Below are positions 41,587-50,997 of a stretch of 64,000 bases of DNA, piece after piece. Each line of letters begins with the position of its first letter. Positions within the stretch are counted from its first letter, which is position 1. The translations under genes were made by a program, and so were the position numbers. This stretch comes from Clostridia bacterium (GTDB lineage Bacteria > Bacillota > Clostridia > RGIG6154), in assembly GCA_045589295.1 (NCBI GenBank), contig JAZNOU010000021.1, forward strand, positions 36,636 through 100,635, written 5' to 3'. Under the pieces are notes generated by a model. It was not told the origin of the DNA and searched no databases. It was given only the letters and a program-made list of their open reading frames with translations.

Positions 41587-42759
41587 TTAAAAATAACTCA
41601 CCTTAATTCTTTTTCCCATCATTGTAAGGCTCTTGGAAAGTTCCTCAACCAAATTCATTTTAATACTAAAATTTATGGGTAAATCAGGATTCTGATGTGC
41701 AGGATTTATAGCACGGCCAACATAAAAATTTATGTCTGTTGCCTCTTCAAATAACAGCTGACAAATGAGCGATGCTCCATCTCTATTATAATTCCAATAC
41801 TCATACATTTCGTTTTTACCAAGATAGTCTTTGGCATACTCTAAGACCTTGTTAACGGTAATAACCCCTTCTGTCACCAAATCTACCCCTTCAAGTTTAG
41901 CAATTGGCGGAATATCGGAATTTTCATAGTTTAGTGTTGCCTGAATAGGCTTTCTCAGGTATTTTGCTGCAATGGAAGAAGTTGTTCCACCACAAATAAT
42001 GCGTTTACCTTCTTTTGAAAAGAAAAGAGACATCATTCTATCACAATCATCACGATTTGACGGAGGGCCAAAGAGAATATTCATAGGCTCTCTTTTTCTG
42101 ATTTTCACAATACATGCCGTCGCATCGTCACCGGGCTTATTACCATAAAGCCTATCACATTCATCAACTAAAAGTGTAGACAAATTTTTGGCCGTAAGAC
42201 CGGATAAAGACATATTTTCCATAAATTCAATAATATCTTCACGTCTCCAGCCAAAGTTAAACTCTGTACCCATTCCTGCGTGCGGACAACCATCACTCAT
42301 GGCAATGAAAATATCATTCTCCTGAATTCGCACTTCACTTTTAAATATTTTTTTACCACCAATATTCATTTCAGTCTTGGGGTAATCATAATTCTTGTTA
42401 TCACGCAAAACAATTACCTGAGGATTATCATACTGAATAATTTCTACTGTTTGATTGTTTATAATCCTCATAATGGTAAATGTAGAATAAGCAACCCCCC
42501 TGACTGAGCACACCGGAAGTGTTGCGGCAATGGTTTCCACGCATTCCTCAACAGGTAACCCTTCTGCCATCATAGTTGAAATAATTTTCGAAGTAAGGGT
42601 TGACAATATACTCGCCTTAACTCCGCTTCCAAGTCCATCCGCAAGCACGATTACCATTGAATTCTCATTTTGTTCAACAATGTCCACGTGGTCACCGCAT
42701 AATTCCTCACCAAAATGATTTATACTTTTCCAGCCAATATCTGCACACAAATCATTCAT
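41587..42759 (-). CDS. SpoIIE-family Ser/Thr phosphatase (HfsC-like)
   Basis: EELCGD, LADGLGSGVKA, YSTFT, MSDG, PGDDAT, CGGTT. Confidence 0.88.
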   Translation of the reverse strand: MNDLCADIGWKSINHFGEELCGDHVDIVEQNENSMVIVLADGLGSGVKASILSTLTSKIISTMMAEGLPVEECVETIAATLPVCSVRGVAYSTFTIMRIINNQTVEIIQYDNPQVIVLRDNKNYDYPKTEMNIGGKKIFKSEVRIQENDIFIAMSDGCPHAGMGTEFNFGWRREDIIEFMENMSLSGLTAKNLSTLLVDECDRLYGNKPGDDATACIVKIRKREPMNILFGPPSNRDDCDRMMSLFFSKEGKRIICGGTTSSIAAKYLRKPIQATLNYENSDIPPIAKLEGVDLVTEGVITVNKVLEYAKDYLGKNEMYEYWNYNRDGASLICQLLFEEATDINFYVGRAINPAHQNPDLPINFSIKMNLVEELSKSLTMMGKRIKVSYF

Positions 42760-44440
42760 CTTGTATCGACTCCTTTAACTTAGCAAGCGCAATTTTTGTT
42801 TCTGCGGCTGTTTCACCAAGAAGTGATGCAATTTCCTGAACAATTCTCATTTGCTTATCTACAACCTTATCTGCAACTTCAACAGTCTGTCTTGTTATAT
42901 TTTCTTTCTTTTCACGTTCTGACTCTTCGTCAGTAACATCGCGTAAAATTCCAATCAAAAGCCTAGATTCTTTATCATACACAACAGACTGCTCAATGTA
43001 ACGTCTGTATTCTGCAAGATACACTCTTTCTCCGCGTGCATCTCTTCCAGTTCTTAACACCTCTGCAAAAAGCCTAGGGTCAAGAATTCTTATTATATTT
43101 TCACCAAGAACATCCGAACTTGAACGAATATTCATCATTCTTCTGGCAGCTTCATTTATCTGCTGAACCTCTAGATTCTCATTCAAAGCGATAAGTCCGT
43201 TAGGTGTATTCTTAACGATAGTATCAGAAAAGCTTTCCGCCTTGTCCTTCAAGAATGGCAGACACATAGAAATTTCCGCCTTACCCTGACATATAGCAAT
43301 TGCTTTGTCACGACAGGTATTGTATCCGCAGGAACCACAGTTGAGTTCATCAGATGGCTTAAACTTGCCCATTTCTCTTAAAACTGTAAAAATTTCAGAT
43401 TCACTTGGCATAGCAAGTTTATGTTCAATATATTCAAATTGTTTTTTAAGTTCCGTCGTTGTTGGCTTGGTAACTTTAAAATCATCTTTTCCTGCATAAT
43501 TAGCAATAGTAATGTAATCTTTAATTGGAGCTGTTCTGTGATATTTTTCCATAACAGGACCACCAGCACAACTACCCACACATGCGGACATTTCAATAAA
43601 ACACTTATGTATTTTGCCATTTTCTATATCACGAAGAGCGTCAATACAATTTTGAACACCATCAAGTGCTATGTAGTTATATCCAGGAGCATCAAGAGCC
43701 ATTGTCTTTAAAATACCGCCTGTAGTTGGGAAAAATCTTGCTCGGCTTTGCTCATTTGCGTCCATTTCCTGTTTTAATTCAACATTTTCTTCCTTGAGCC
43801 AGTTTGACAATTCTTCAAAGGTCAAAACTGCATCAACGATCCCCTCATAATACTCAGCTTCGTCCATTTTTGCCACACATGGACCAATAAATACTGTCTT
43901 TGCTCCAGGGTATCTTTTCTTTATATCCTGACAATGTGCCTGCATCGGAGAAATAACATCCGCGAGGTACTCAAGCGCAACCGGGAAATATTTTTGTATA
44001 AGCAAGTTAATAGAATGACAACATGAAGAAATCACAATATCACGTTCATCCTCACGCAGCATTCTTTCATACTCATTTTTAACGATTGTTGCACCAATAG
44101 CAGTTTCTTCTACATCATAAAAACCAAGTTTTTTGAGCGCATCTCTCATTGACTCAATCCCAACAGATTCATAATTAGCAACAAAAGACGGTGCCAGGCT
44201 TACAATAACCGGGTCACCACTTTGCAACAATACTTTTACCTTTTCGGTTTCATCAACAATCTGCTTCGCATTTTGAGGGCACACAACAAAACACTGTCCG
44301 CACAAAATACATTCATTTCCAATAATATGCGCCTGATTTCCTGAAAATCGTATTGATTTAACGGGGCAATGACGAATACACTTGTAGCAATTTTTACAAT
44401 TAGATTTTTTTAATCTTAAACAATTTTGCATACCCGCCAT
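42752..44440 (-). CDS. Sensory [FeFe]-hydrogenase with PAS domain (group C, HydS/HfsB-like)
   Basis: N-terminal 2x4Fe-4S, altered H-cluster motifs SSCCHS, FIGPCVAK..E, EMSACVGSC.GGP, then NCGSCGYNTC..MCLP and a PAS domain (TPNGLI..N). Confidence 0.9.
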   Translation of the reverse strand: MAGMQNCLRLKKSNCKNCYKCIRHCPVKSIRFSGNQAHIIGNECILCGQCFVVCPQNAKQIVDETEKVKVLLQSGDPVIVSLAPSFVANYESVGIESMRDALKKLGFYDVEETAIGATIVKNEYERMLREDERDIVISSCCHSINLLIQKYFPVALEYLADVISPMQAHCQDIKKRYPGAKTVFIGPCVAKMDEAEYYEGIVDAVLTFEELSNWLKEENVELKQEMDANEQSRARFFPTTGGILKTMALDAPGYNYIALDGVQNCIDALRDIENGKIHKCFIEMSACVGSCAGGPVMEKYHRTAPIKDYITIANYAGKDDFKVTKPTTTELKKQFEYIEHKLAMPSESEIFTVLREMGKFKPSDELNCGSCGYNTCRDKAIAICQGKAEISMCLPFLKDKAESFSDTIVKNTPNGLIALNENLEVQQINEAARRMMNIRSSSDVLGENIIRILDPRLFAEVLRTGRDARGERVYLAEYRRYIEQSVVYDKESRLLIGILRDVTDEESEREKKENITRQTVEVADKVVDKQMRIVQEIASLLGETAAETKIALAKLKESIQDE

Positions 44441-44557
44441 TTCCTTTCATTTCCTAAATACAATATTTTTTCTTTAATCTTTTCTACAAGTAATTCCATC
44501 AATTTACAGAAAACTTTTATGTAACATAAAAAATCCACGCATATTTGAACAAGAATT

Positions 44558-44797
44558 TTATAACTTTGCTACTATCTCGTTTTCAAAAAACTCATTAACA
44601 TTTTCAGGTGTAACCGAATGAAACTCTTCATCAACAGTTACACACACACCATGTTGACATTCACCCAAACAAAAAGTACCTGAAAGTTCTACCTTGTCAT
44701 CAAGATTATTTTCATTTATAAGATTCTGCAGCTGCTCAACAACCTGTCTTGAACCTTTGATATGGCAAGAACTGCCAATACAAACTGTTACTTTCAT
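44558..44797 (-). CDS. Thioredoxin-like [2Fe-2S] ferredoxin (NuoE-like, HfsA-like)
   Basis: VCIGSSCHIKG...FCLGEC..GV; ATG 44797 after AAAGGA. Confidence 0.88.
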   Translation of the reverse strand: MKVTVCIGSSCHIKGSRQVVEQLQNLINENNLDDKVELSGTFCLGECQHGVCVTVDEEFHSVTPENVNEFFENEIVAKL

Positions 44798-45020
44798 TTT
44801 ATGTTCAATCCTTTCATATGTGGAGGGCAATTTCGAAAATATCCATAACACCCCAATTATAGTTTATTGTATCATAAATTATGTCAAAAATCAATGGTTA
44901 TCTACAAATTTCATCGCATTAACAAAGATTTTTTAATTTATCAAAATAATACCAGTTGCCATATACTAAAAAGGTTACTGGTTGTTTTGCTTCACACACC
45001 AAAATTTCTCATTTTTTCAA

Positions 45021-45725
45021 TTAAATATTCAAAAATGTTCCCACTACACAAATCTCTTTGTCGCGGTTTTGGAGATGCACATAATATCCACTATCAAGTT
45101 TTTTAACGCAAACATAAAGTTCATCACCTAAATATGCGGCTTTTTTATACAAAACTTTCATATTGTTAAATCTAAAATCAAAAGGCAGTGCATCCATTAA
45201 AATATCCGCACTTTTTTGATTATTAAGATGTTTATTAGTATCTATATCCTTATTGCAAACTTTAACCATATAGTTATAATTTTCAAATTCAAGCACTTCA
45301 GGACGAAGATATTCAAAAAAGACATCATTAAAATCGTGACACTTATAACACTCATGCAGTTCAGCAGGTATTCTGCACACCTTCAACTTATTTGTATCAA
45401 CCAAAAACCAATTCGCAACCGTTTTAACGACTGTTTCTCCTTCTTGCTTAAGTATGCAACACCTTTCAGAAACAGCGCCCTTTAACCGCTGAACGGCAGT
45501 ATATGCTTCTATTGGTATATGAGTTTTTACAGGTTTCAAAAAACTAACGTTTATCCCCTGCATAAGCCACGCCATATTAAGCTTATTCATTTTGTCAATT
45601 CCAAATCCACAAAAAGCAGCTTCTTTTGTAGAAACATCCTGAACAATGTCCAGTATTGAACCAACCTTTATAGATTCAAAATCTTTAAAATCTCCATATC
45701 TTGTTTCGTATGTATAAGAAAACAT
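45021..45725 (-). CDS. Acyl-ACP thioesterase family protein
   Basis: Double hotdog pattern, DIDTNKHLNN catalytic motif. Confidence 0.8.
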   Translation of the reverse strand: MFSYTYETRYGDFKDFESIKVGSILDIVQDVSTKEAAFCGFGIDKMNKLNMAWLMQGINVSFLKPVKTHIPIEAYTAVQRLKGAVSERCCILKQEGETVVKTVANWFLVDTNKLKVCRIPAELHECYKCHDFNDVFFEYLRPEVLEFENYNYMVKVCNKDIDTNKHLNNQKSADILMDALPFDFRFNNMKVLYKKAAYLGDELYVCVKKLDSGYYVHLQNRDKEICVVGTFLNI

Positions 45726-45727
45726 AA

Positions 45728-46837
45728 TTACTCCTTACATGTTTCAAATTCTTTTTTTACCAAATCAAGCAATTTCCTGATTTCTAAATTTTGTGGACAA
45801 ACTGTTTCGCACATTCCGCATTTTATACACATCGTATCCTTACCATTAGTATGAATACCATAATAAAAATCCGCACTCCAGTTTTTAAATGTTTTTTTAA
45901 TGTTATAACAAGAGAAGATGCTTGAAATTGGTATATTTTTAGGGCATTTTTCAAAACAGTAATTACAACTTGTGCACCCAATACTATCTTGCTCTTTTAT
46001 TATATTACAAACTTTTTGCAGCACTTTTGCCTCTTCAATATCAAGAGGTTTTAAGTCTAGAAATAAATCAACATTTTCTTCTACCATTTCAAGTGTGCTC
46101 ATCCCCGAAAGCACCATAAAAACGCCTTCAAAGCCAGCTGCAAATCTTAAGGCATAACTTGCAGGACTTTTTCCCGATTCTTCAAACACTTTATTTGCCT
46201 TTTCAGAAAGTTTTGCTAAAGTTCCGCCTTTAACAGGTTCCATAACAATCACAGGTTTATTATGCTTTCTGCAGGTTTCATAAACCTGTCTGCTTTGAAC
46301 AGACTCACTTTCGTAGTCTAAATAATTAAACTGAATTTGCACAAATTCTATCTCAGGATTTTCGGTTAGAATTTTATCCAAAACTTCTGCAGTATCATGA
46401 AAAGATATACCAAAATGCTTTATTCTTCCCTGTTTTTTAAGATCAAGCGCTATTTTATATGCGTTACACTTTTTGTATTTTTTATACGAATCTTTGTTTT
46501 GCGCATGCATTAAATAAAAATCAAAATATTTAACACCGCAAATTTCAAGCTGACTTTCAAAAAGCGGTATAATTTCCTCTTCTTTTTCAAAGTTCCAGCT
46601 TGAAAGCTTATCTGCAATAACATAGCTTTCTCTGGGATATTTTGAAGTTAAACATTTCTTTAAAACCTTTTCACTCTGTCCGTTTATGTAACTGTGAGCA
46701 GTATCAAAATAGTTGAAACCTTTTTTCATAAAAAGGTCAACCATTTTTTGAGTGTGTTCTATATCTACGTTTTCTTCAACCATAGGAAGTCTCATAAAGC
46801 CAAAGCCAAGTTTTTGTTTAATTTCAGGAAAATTCAT
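45728..46837 (-). CDS. Aldo/keto reductase with C-terminal 4Fe-4S domain
   Basis: LGFGFMRLP, YFDTA..Y, DFYLMH, GISFH, MEPVKGG, CTSCNYC...CP, CIKCGMCETVCPQ. Confidence 0.9.
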   Translation of the reverse strand: MNFPEIKQKLGFGFMRLPMVEENVDIEHTQKMVDLFMKKGFNYFDTAHSYINGQSEKVLKKCLTSKYPRESYVIADKLSSWNFEKEEEIIPLFESQLEICGVKYFDFYLMHAQNKDSYKKYKKCNAYKIALDLKKQGRIKHFGISFHDTAEVLDKILTENPEIEFVQIQFNYLDYESESVQSRQVYETCRKHNKPVIVMEPVKGGTLAKLSEKANKVFEESGKSPASYALRFAAGFEGVFMVLSGMSTLEMVEENVDLFLDLKPLDIEEAKVLQKVCNIIKEQDSIGCTSCNYCFEKCPKNIPISSIFSCYNIKKTFKNWSADFYYGIHTNGKDTMCIKCGMCETVCPQNLEIRKLLDLVKKEFETCKE

Positions 46838-46849
46838 ATATGTACTCCT

Positions 46850-47413
46850 TTAAGGTATAATGTTAAGATGCTGAAGAACAATTTTTATTCCCATAAGAAT
46901 CAAAACTGCCCCACCGAAAAATTCAGCTTTAGATTTGAATTTGCAACCAAATTTATTACCAATCACAAGCCCTACCCACGAAAGAACAAAAGTAATAACC
47001 CCAATAAATGAAACCGCAGGAATAATATTAACGCTTAAAAACGCAAATGTAATTCCAATTGCCAAAGCATCAATGCTCGTTGCTATTGCCATTGGGAACA
47101 TTGACTTAAAAGAAAAAGATGCGTCAAGCTCTTCTGCACACGAAAAAGATTCTTTTATCATATTTATTCCGATAGCCGCAAGCAAGATAAATGCAAGCCA
47201 GTGGTCAACTCCTGTGATAAGTGTTTGAAAACGTGCACCCAGGAAATATCCTAAAAGTGGCATAAGTGCCTGGAAACCACCAAAATATAGACCTACTATA
47301 AGACCGTGCTTTTTGTTTATTTTCTCAACTGATAACCCCTTGCACACCGCAACTGCAAACGCATCAGCAGAAAGTCCCACAGCAATTACAAACAATTCCC
47401 AAAGCCTCATCAA
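46850..47413 (-). CDS. mntP: Manganese efflux pump MntP family
   Basis: AVGLS.DAFAV, FGGFQALMP..G, DHW.AF.LL, AIATSIDALA.G, AE..GG..LI..G.KI. Confidence 0.9.
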   Translation of the reverse strand: MMRLWELFVIAVGLSADAFAVAVCKGLSVEKINKKHGLIVGLYFGGFQALMPLLGYFLGARFQTLITGVDHWLAFILLAAIGINMIKESFSCAEELDASFSFKSMFPMAIATSIDALAIGITFAFLSVNIIPAVSFIGVITFVLSWVGLVIGNKFGCKFKSKAEFFGGAVLILMGIKIVLQHLNIIP

Positions 47414-47495
47414 AAATTCCTCCTATTTTATAATACATACCATAATATTTTAACAGAAATTTGAAAATTTTTCAAGCATAAAAAGAGATTGTCGG

Positions 47496-47915
47496 TTAAA
47501 CAATCTCTTTTTCCATATTAACGTGTGCCCAGCCTACTTCCATATAATACTCACCGAATGGCTTAAAGCCAATTTTTTCATAAAAGCCTATTGCAGTTTC
47601 AACAGCACCCAGTTCTAACTTTTTGCATCCATTTTCAGAGGCATATTCTTCTATAAAGTTAAACAATATCCTGCCTAAACCGCTTCCCCTTCGGGTGTTT
47701 TTTACTGTAACTCTGCCAAGATGCATAACTAGACCTAAAATTTCACCCCTTGCACAAGCAATAAGCTCATTATTGTCGTAAAGACAAAAGTGCTTATGTT
47801 CTTTATCACGTCCGTCAAACTCAATCTCTACAGGCACGTTTTTTTCAACAATGAACGCCTGAGTTCTTAAAGTTTTTATTTCTTCATTTGTATCATTTAA
47901 AATCTTAAATTCCAT
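47496..47915 (-). CDS. GNAT N-acetyltransferase (ElaA/YjcF-like)
   Basis: LR..AF..E..V...E.D..D, GRV.V....RG.GLG, A.GFYEK.GF, E.G..H..M.K. Confidence 0.85.
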   Translation of the reverse strand: MEFKILNDTNEEIKTLRTQAFIVEKNVPVEIEFDGRDKEHKHFCLYDNNELIACARGEILGLVMHLGRVTVKNTRRGSGLGRILFNFIEEYASENGCKKLELGAVETAIGFYEKIGFKPFGEYYMEVGWAHVNMEKEIV

Positions 47916-47918
47916 ATA

Positions 47919-48425
47919 TCAAAAACCCGCCTCATCTAATGCAATAACAAAACTCCTCACCTTTTTAATACCCTCAAGTGACGGAGTAGAAGTGTTAAAG
48001 AGCAACTTACCATCGCTTGCATCAAAAACATAAGAGTAATAATACTTGGTTCCTTTTTTATCAACGTCGTACATAATTATTTTTAAATCTTTATTTACAA
48101 ATTCTTTAGTATCTAAAATCATCTTCTCTTCAAGATTTTCAACTGTATAATAATCCCCAAAAAATCCCTGTGCAATTTTTTCTGCATCTTTTAACTTGTT
48201 CTCAGGTACATTTATATCCCAACTAAGCCCCGAATTTTCATATATTTCTTCACCATCAGCCAAACTATTTTGAACCGTTTGGTCGATTATATCATTGATA
48301 CTAACCTCAAAAACAGGTTCATTAACTTGAGTCTGTTGAGATGGCTTATACCAAGACCTTGCAAATATTAAAATTACCAAAACAATTGTTATTACAAGTC
48401 CTATCAAAACACGCTTTAATGTCAT
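47919..48425 (-). CDS. Hypothetical protein with N-terminal membrane anchor
   Basis: MTLKRVLIGLVITIVLVILIFAR followed by a polar domain; GGAGG RBS before ATG 48425. Confidence 0.6.
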   Translation of the reverse strand: MTLKRVLIGLVITIVLVILIFARSWYKPSQQTQVNEPVFEVSINDIIDQTVQNSLADGEEIYENSGLSWDINVPENKLKDAEKIAQGFFGDYYTVENLEEKMILDTKEFVNKDLKIIMYDVDKKGTKYYYSYVFDASDGKLLFNTSTPSLEGIKKVRSFVIALDEAGF

Positions 48426-48484
48426 ATATATCCCTCCAAAAATAATTTTATCACAACGTGAATAAATAATCAAGGTTTGTATTA

Positions 48485-48513
48485 TTGCAATTTTTGGTTA
48501 AAAATGATATAAT
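48485..48513 (+). promoter_or_regulatory. sigmaA-type promoter
   Basis: TTGCAA-17nt-TATAAT with extended -10 TG upstream of the LMW phosphatase. Confidence 0.55.
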
Positions 48514-48535
48514 GAATACATATTTAACGAAATGA

Positions 48536-48991
48536 GTGATTAATTTGACAAAAGTTATGTTTGTATGCCTTGGCAACATTTGCAGAAGTCCAATGGCTGA
48601 ATTTTTATTTAAAGATTTGGTTAAAAAAAAGGGGCTTGAAAACGAGTTTTATATTGCTTCGGCAGCAACAAGCACTGAGGCAGTTGGTTCAGGGATACAC
48701 CCTGGAACAAAAGAAATACTTTTTCAACACAATATAAAATTTGACAAAAGAACCGCTGTGCAATTTACAAAAAATGATTACGAAGAATTTGATTATATAA
48801 TTGGAATGGACAGCAGTAACATAAGAAATCTTCTGAGAATGACTGACAACGACCCACAAGGAAAAGTATACAAGCTTTTGGATTTTTGCGGCGGCGGCGA
48901 CGTTAAAGATCCTTGGTACACAGGTAACTTTACCGAAACTTACGATGATATTACACGCGGTCTTGACTCCTTTTTAAACAAAATCAAATAA
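48536..48991 (+). CDS. Low molecular weight protein-tyrosine phosphatase
   Basis: VCLGNICRSPMAE, FDYIIGMD..N, DPWY. Confidence 0.93.
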   Translation: MINLTKVMFVCLGNICRSPMAEFLFKDLVKKKGLENEFYIASAATSTEAVGSGIHPGTKEILFQHNIKFDKRTAVQFTKNDYEEFDYIIGMDSSNIRNLLRMTDNDPQGKVYKLLDFCGGGDVKDPWYTGNFTETYDDITRGLDSFLNKIK

Positions 48992-48994
48992 ATC

Positions 48995-49028
48995 AATGCC
49001 CGAATAACAATAAAGTTATTCGGGCATT
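48995..49028 (+). terminator. Hairpin between LMW-PTP and bsh
   Basis: AATGCCCGAATAAC-aataaa-GTTATTCGGGCATT perfect 14 bp stem with an imperfect U tail. Confidence 0.55.
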
Positions 49029-49054
49029 ATATTTTTAAAAAAAGAGGTGATAAA

Positions 49055-50002
49055 ATGTGCACCGCCGTTTCTTACAATTCGTATGATCATTATTTTGGCA
49101 GAAATCTTGACTGGGAACATTCATTTGGCGAAAATATAATCATAGTGCCAAGAAATTTTGAATTTTGTTTCAAAAGTGAAAATACTATTAAAAATCACTA
49201 TGCTATATTGGGTGTAGGGATTATCAAAAACGATTATCCTCTTTATTTTGATGCAGTTAACGAATTTGGACTTTGCATAGCAGGACTTAACTTCCCTGAT
49301 AATGCAACATATTTCTCCCACTCAGATACAAAGACAAACGTCACACCATATGAGTTTATTCCTTTCGTATTAAGCAAATGCAAAACGGTTCACGAAGCAA
49401 TTGAAATAATAAAAAATATAAATTTTCTAAACATTGCTTTTTCTTCAGATTTACCATTATCCCCATTGCATTGGATTATATCAGACCATACTGTCAGTAT
49501 AACTGTTGAGCCAATAAAAAGCGGCGTGAAAATATATAATAATCCTGTGGGCGTTCTTACAAACAATCCGACTTTTGATATTCAGCTTCACAACCTAAAT
49601 AATTATATCAACATAAGTCCTTATGAACCAAAAGACAGATTTGCAAAAAGCATTACACTTTCCACATACAGTCGCGGTATGGGTGCAATAGGTCTTCCGG
49701 GAGATTTATCATCGCAATCACGTTTTGTAAGGGCAACTTTTGTAAAATCCAATATTATTACAGATAACCAAAGCGAAAGCGTAAGTTCGTTTTTTCATAT
49801 TCTTTCTTCAGTTGAAATGCAAAAAGGATGTGTTATAACCGCCGATAAAAAAGCCGAACACACTATCTTCTCCGATTGCTATGATACACAAAAAGGTATA
49901 ATTTATTTTAAAACTTATAATAATGCAAATCTTTTACAATTTTGTATGCACAATTATAACCTTGAACAAAATAATCTTATAATGATAAAAAGTGACCCTT
50001 AA
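49055..50002 (+). CDS. Choloylglycine hydrolase / bile salt hydrolase (Ntn hydrolase)
   Basis: N-terminal MCT nucleophile, YFGRNLD, NE.GL..AGLNFP, LHW, VLTNNP.F, GLPGDLSS.SRF. Confidence 0.88.
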   Translation: MCTAVSYNSYDHYFGRNLDWEHSFGENIIIVPRNFEFCFKSENTIKNHYAILGVGIIKNDYPLYFDAVNEFGLCIAGLNFPDNATYFSHSDTKTNVTPYEFIPFVLSKCKTVHEAIEIIKNINFLNIAFSSDLPLSPLHWIISDHTVSITVEPIKSGVKIYNNPVGVLTNNPTFDIQLHNLNNYINISPYEPKDRFAKSITLSTYSRGMGAIGLPGDLSSQSRFVRATFVKSNIITDNQSESVSSFFHILSSVEMQKGCVITADKKAEHTIFSDCYDTQKGIIYFKTYNNANLLQFCMHNYNLEQNNLIMIKSDP

Positions 50003-50015
50003 AGGTCACTTTTTA
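49986..50015. terminator. Bidirectional terminator embedded in the overlapping 3' ends of bsh and the patatin gene
   Basis: TAAAAAGTGACC-cttaaa-GGTCACTTTTTA; both stop codons lie in the loop. Confidence 0.7.
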
Positions 50016-50856
50016 AATATTCTTTTAGCTCTTTTATCCTTCTTAACATATTTTCTCTGCCAATATCATACACCAGTTTAATTTTCTGAGGGTCGCTTTC
50101 CATTCTTTCAATTGGAAGCATCTCATCAGGTCTTATAACAAACAATTGTCCCTTTTCTTCTTTTTCACAAATATATTCAAGGGTTTTATTATACATATCC
50201 CCTCTTTTTTCTATAGCTTCTGACAAAAAAGGATATTTCTTTAACATAAACTTCACAAGTTTCATTGATTTACTTATGCCTTTTACATAATCCTTAGGTC
50301 TTGTAAGAATAACAACATTTTTGTTATAACCCATGCTTTCAGCAAATTTTATTGGTATTGCATCAGAAATTCCACCATCTAAAAGTTTTAATCCATCAAT
50401 TTCAACAATTCTTGAAACAAGCGGCAATGATGCAGATGCCCTTACCCATTCCCCGAAATTTTCTTTATCTTCTTTTTCAATTTTTTTATAAACAGGTCTC
50501 CCTGTTTCAACGTCGGTGCAGACAACATAAAATTCCATTGGGTTTGAATAAAAAGTTTCGGCATCAAACACATCAAGTTTATCAGGCAAAGTGTGATAAC
50601 AAAACTCTGCACCAAACAAATCACCAGTTGTAAGAAGCGACTTAACACTACAATATCTTTTATCATTGCAATAACTCATATTATATCGGAGTGCTCTTCC
50701 TATTTGTCTTGATTTAATATTACAACCAAAAGCAGCACCTGCTGAAACTCCAACTGCACCGTCAAAGTCGATTTTATTTTCCATTAAAACATCAGTAACG
50801 CCTGCGGTAAACATTCCGCGCATTGCGCCACCTTCCATAACAAGTCCTTTTTTCAT
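49999..50856 (-). CDS. Patatin-like phospholipase family protein
   Basis: EGGAMRG, GVSAG, ASASLP, DGG. Confidence 0.9.
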   Translation of the reverse strand: MKKGLVMEGGAMRGMFTAGVTDVLMENKIDFDGAVGVSAGAAFGCNIKSRQIGRALRYNMSYCNDKRYCSVKSLLTTGDLFGAEFCYHTLPDKLDVFDAETFYSNPMEFYVVCTDVETGRPVYKKIEKEDKENFGEWVRASASLPLVSRIVEIDGLKLLDGGISDAIPIKFAESMGYNKNVVILTRPKDYVKGISKSMKLVKFMLKKYPFLSEAIEKRGDMYNKTLEYICEKEEKGQLFVIRPDEMLPIERMESDPQKIKLVYDIGRENMLRRIKELKEYLKSDL

Positions 50857-50932
50857 AAAATCATTCCTAAAAGTATTTTTAATTAGTATACCACTTTTTT
50901 AGAATTTATGCAATAATTCACAGCTTAATTTG

Positions 50933-50961
50933 TTGACAAACAAGCTATTTTGAAGTATAAT
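50933..50961 (+). promoter_or_regulatory. Consensus sigmaA promoter for purF-like gene
   Basis: Perfect TTGACA-17nt-TATAAT. Confidence 0.75.
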
Positions 50962-50997
50962 AATAAGGTATTTTTAAAAGAAAACGGAGGTTTTAAA

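Noticed and set aside
44441-44990. Rex operator or other palindromes upstream of the hfs genes (e.g. TTTTATGT-A-ACATAAAA near 44515)
   Set aside because: Only AT-rich partial matches to TTGTNAA-N4-TTNACAA; not distinguishable from chance at this base composition.
25877-45000. Idea that the hdr/frd/hfs block is an island integrated at tRNA-Leu
   Set aside because: No integrase and no duplicated tRNA 3' end seen; codon style looks like highly expressed native genes.
47414-47495. yybP-ykoY manganese riboswitch upstream of mntP
   Set aside because: The gap is ~80 nt, AT-rich and lacks the conserved riboswitch motifs.
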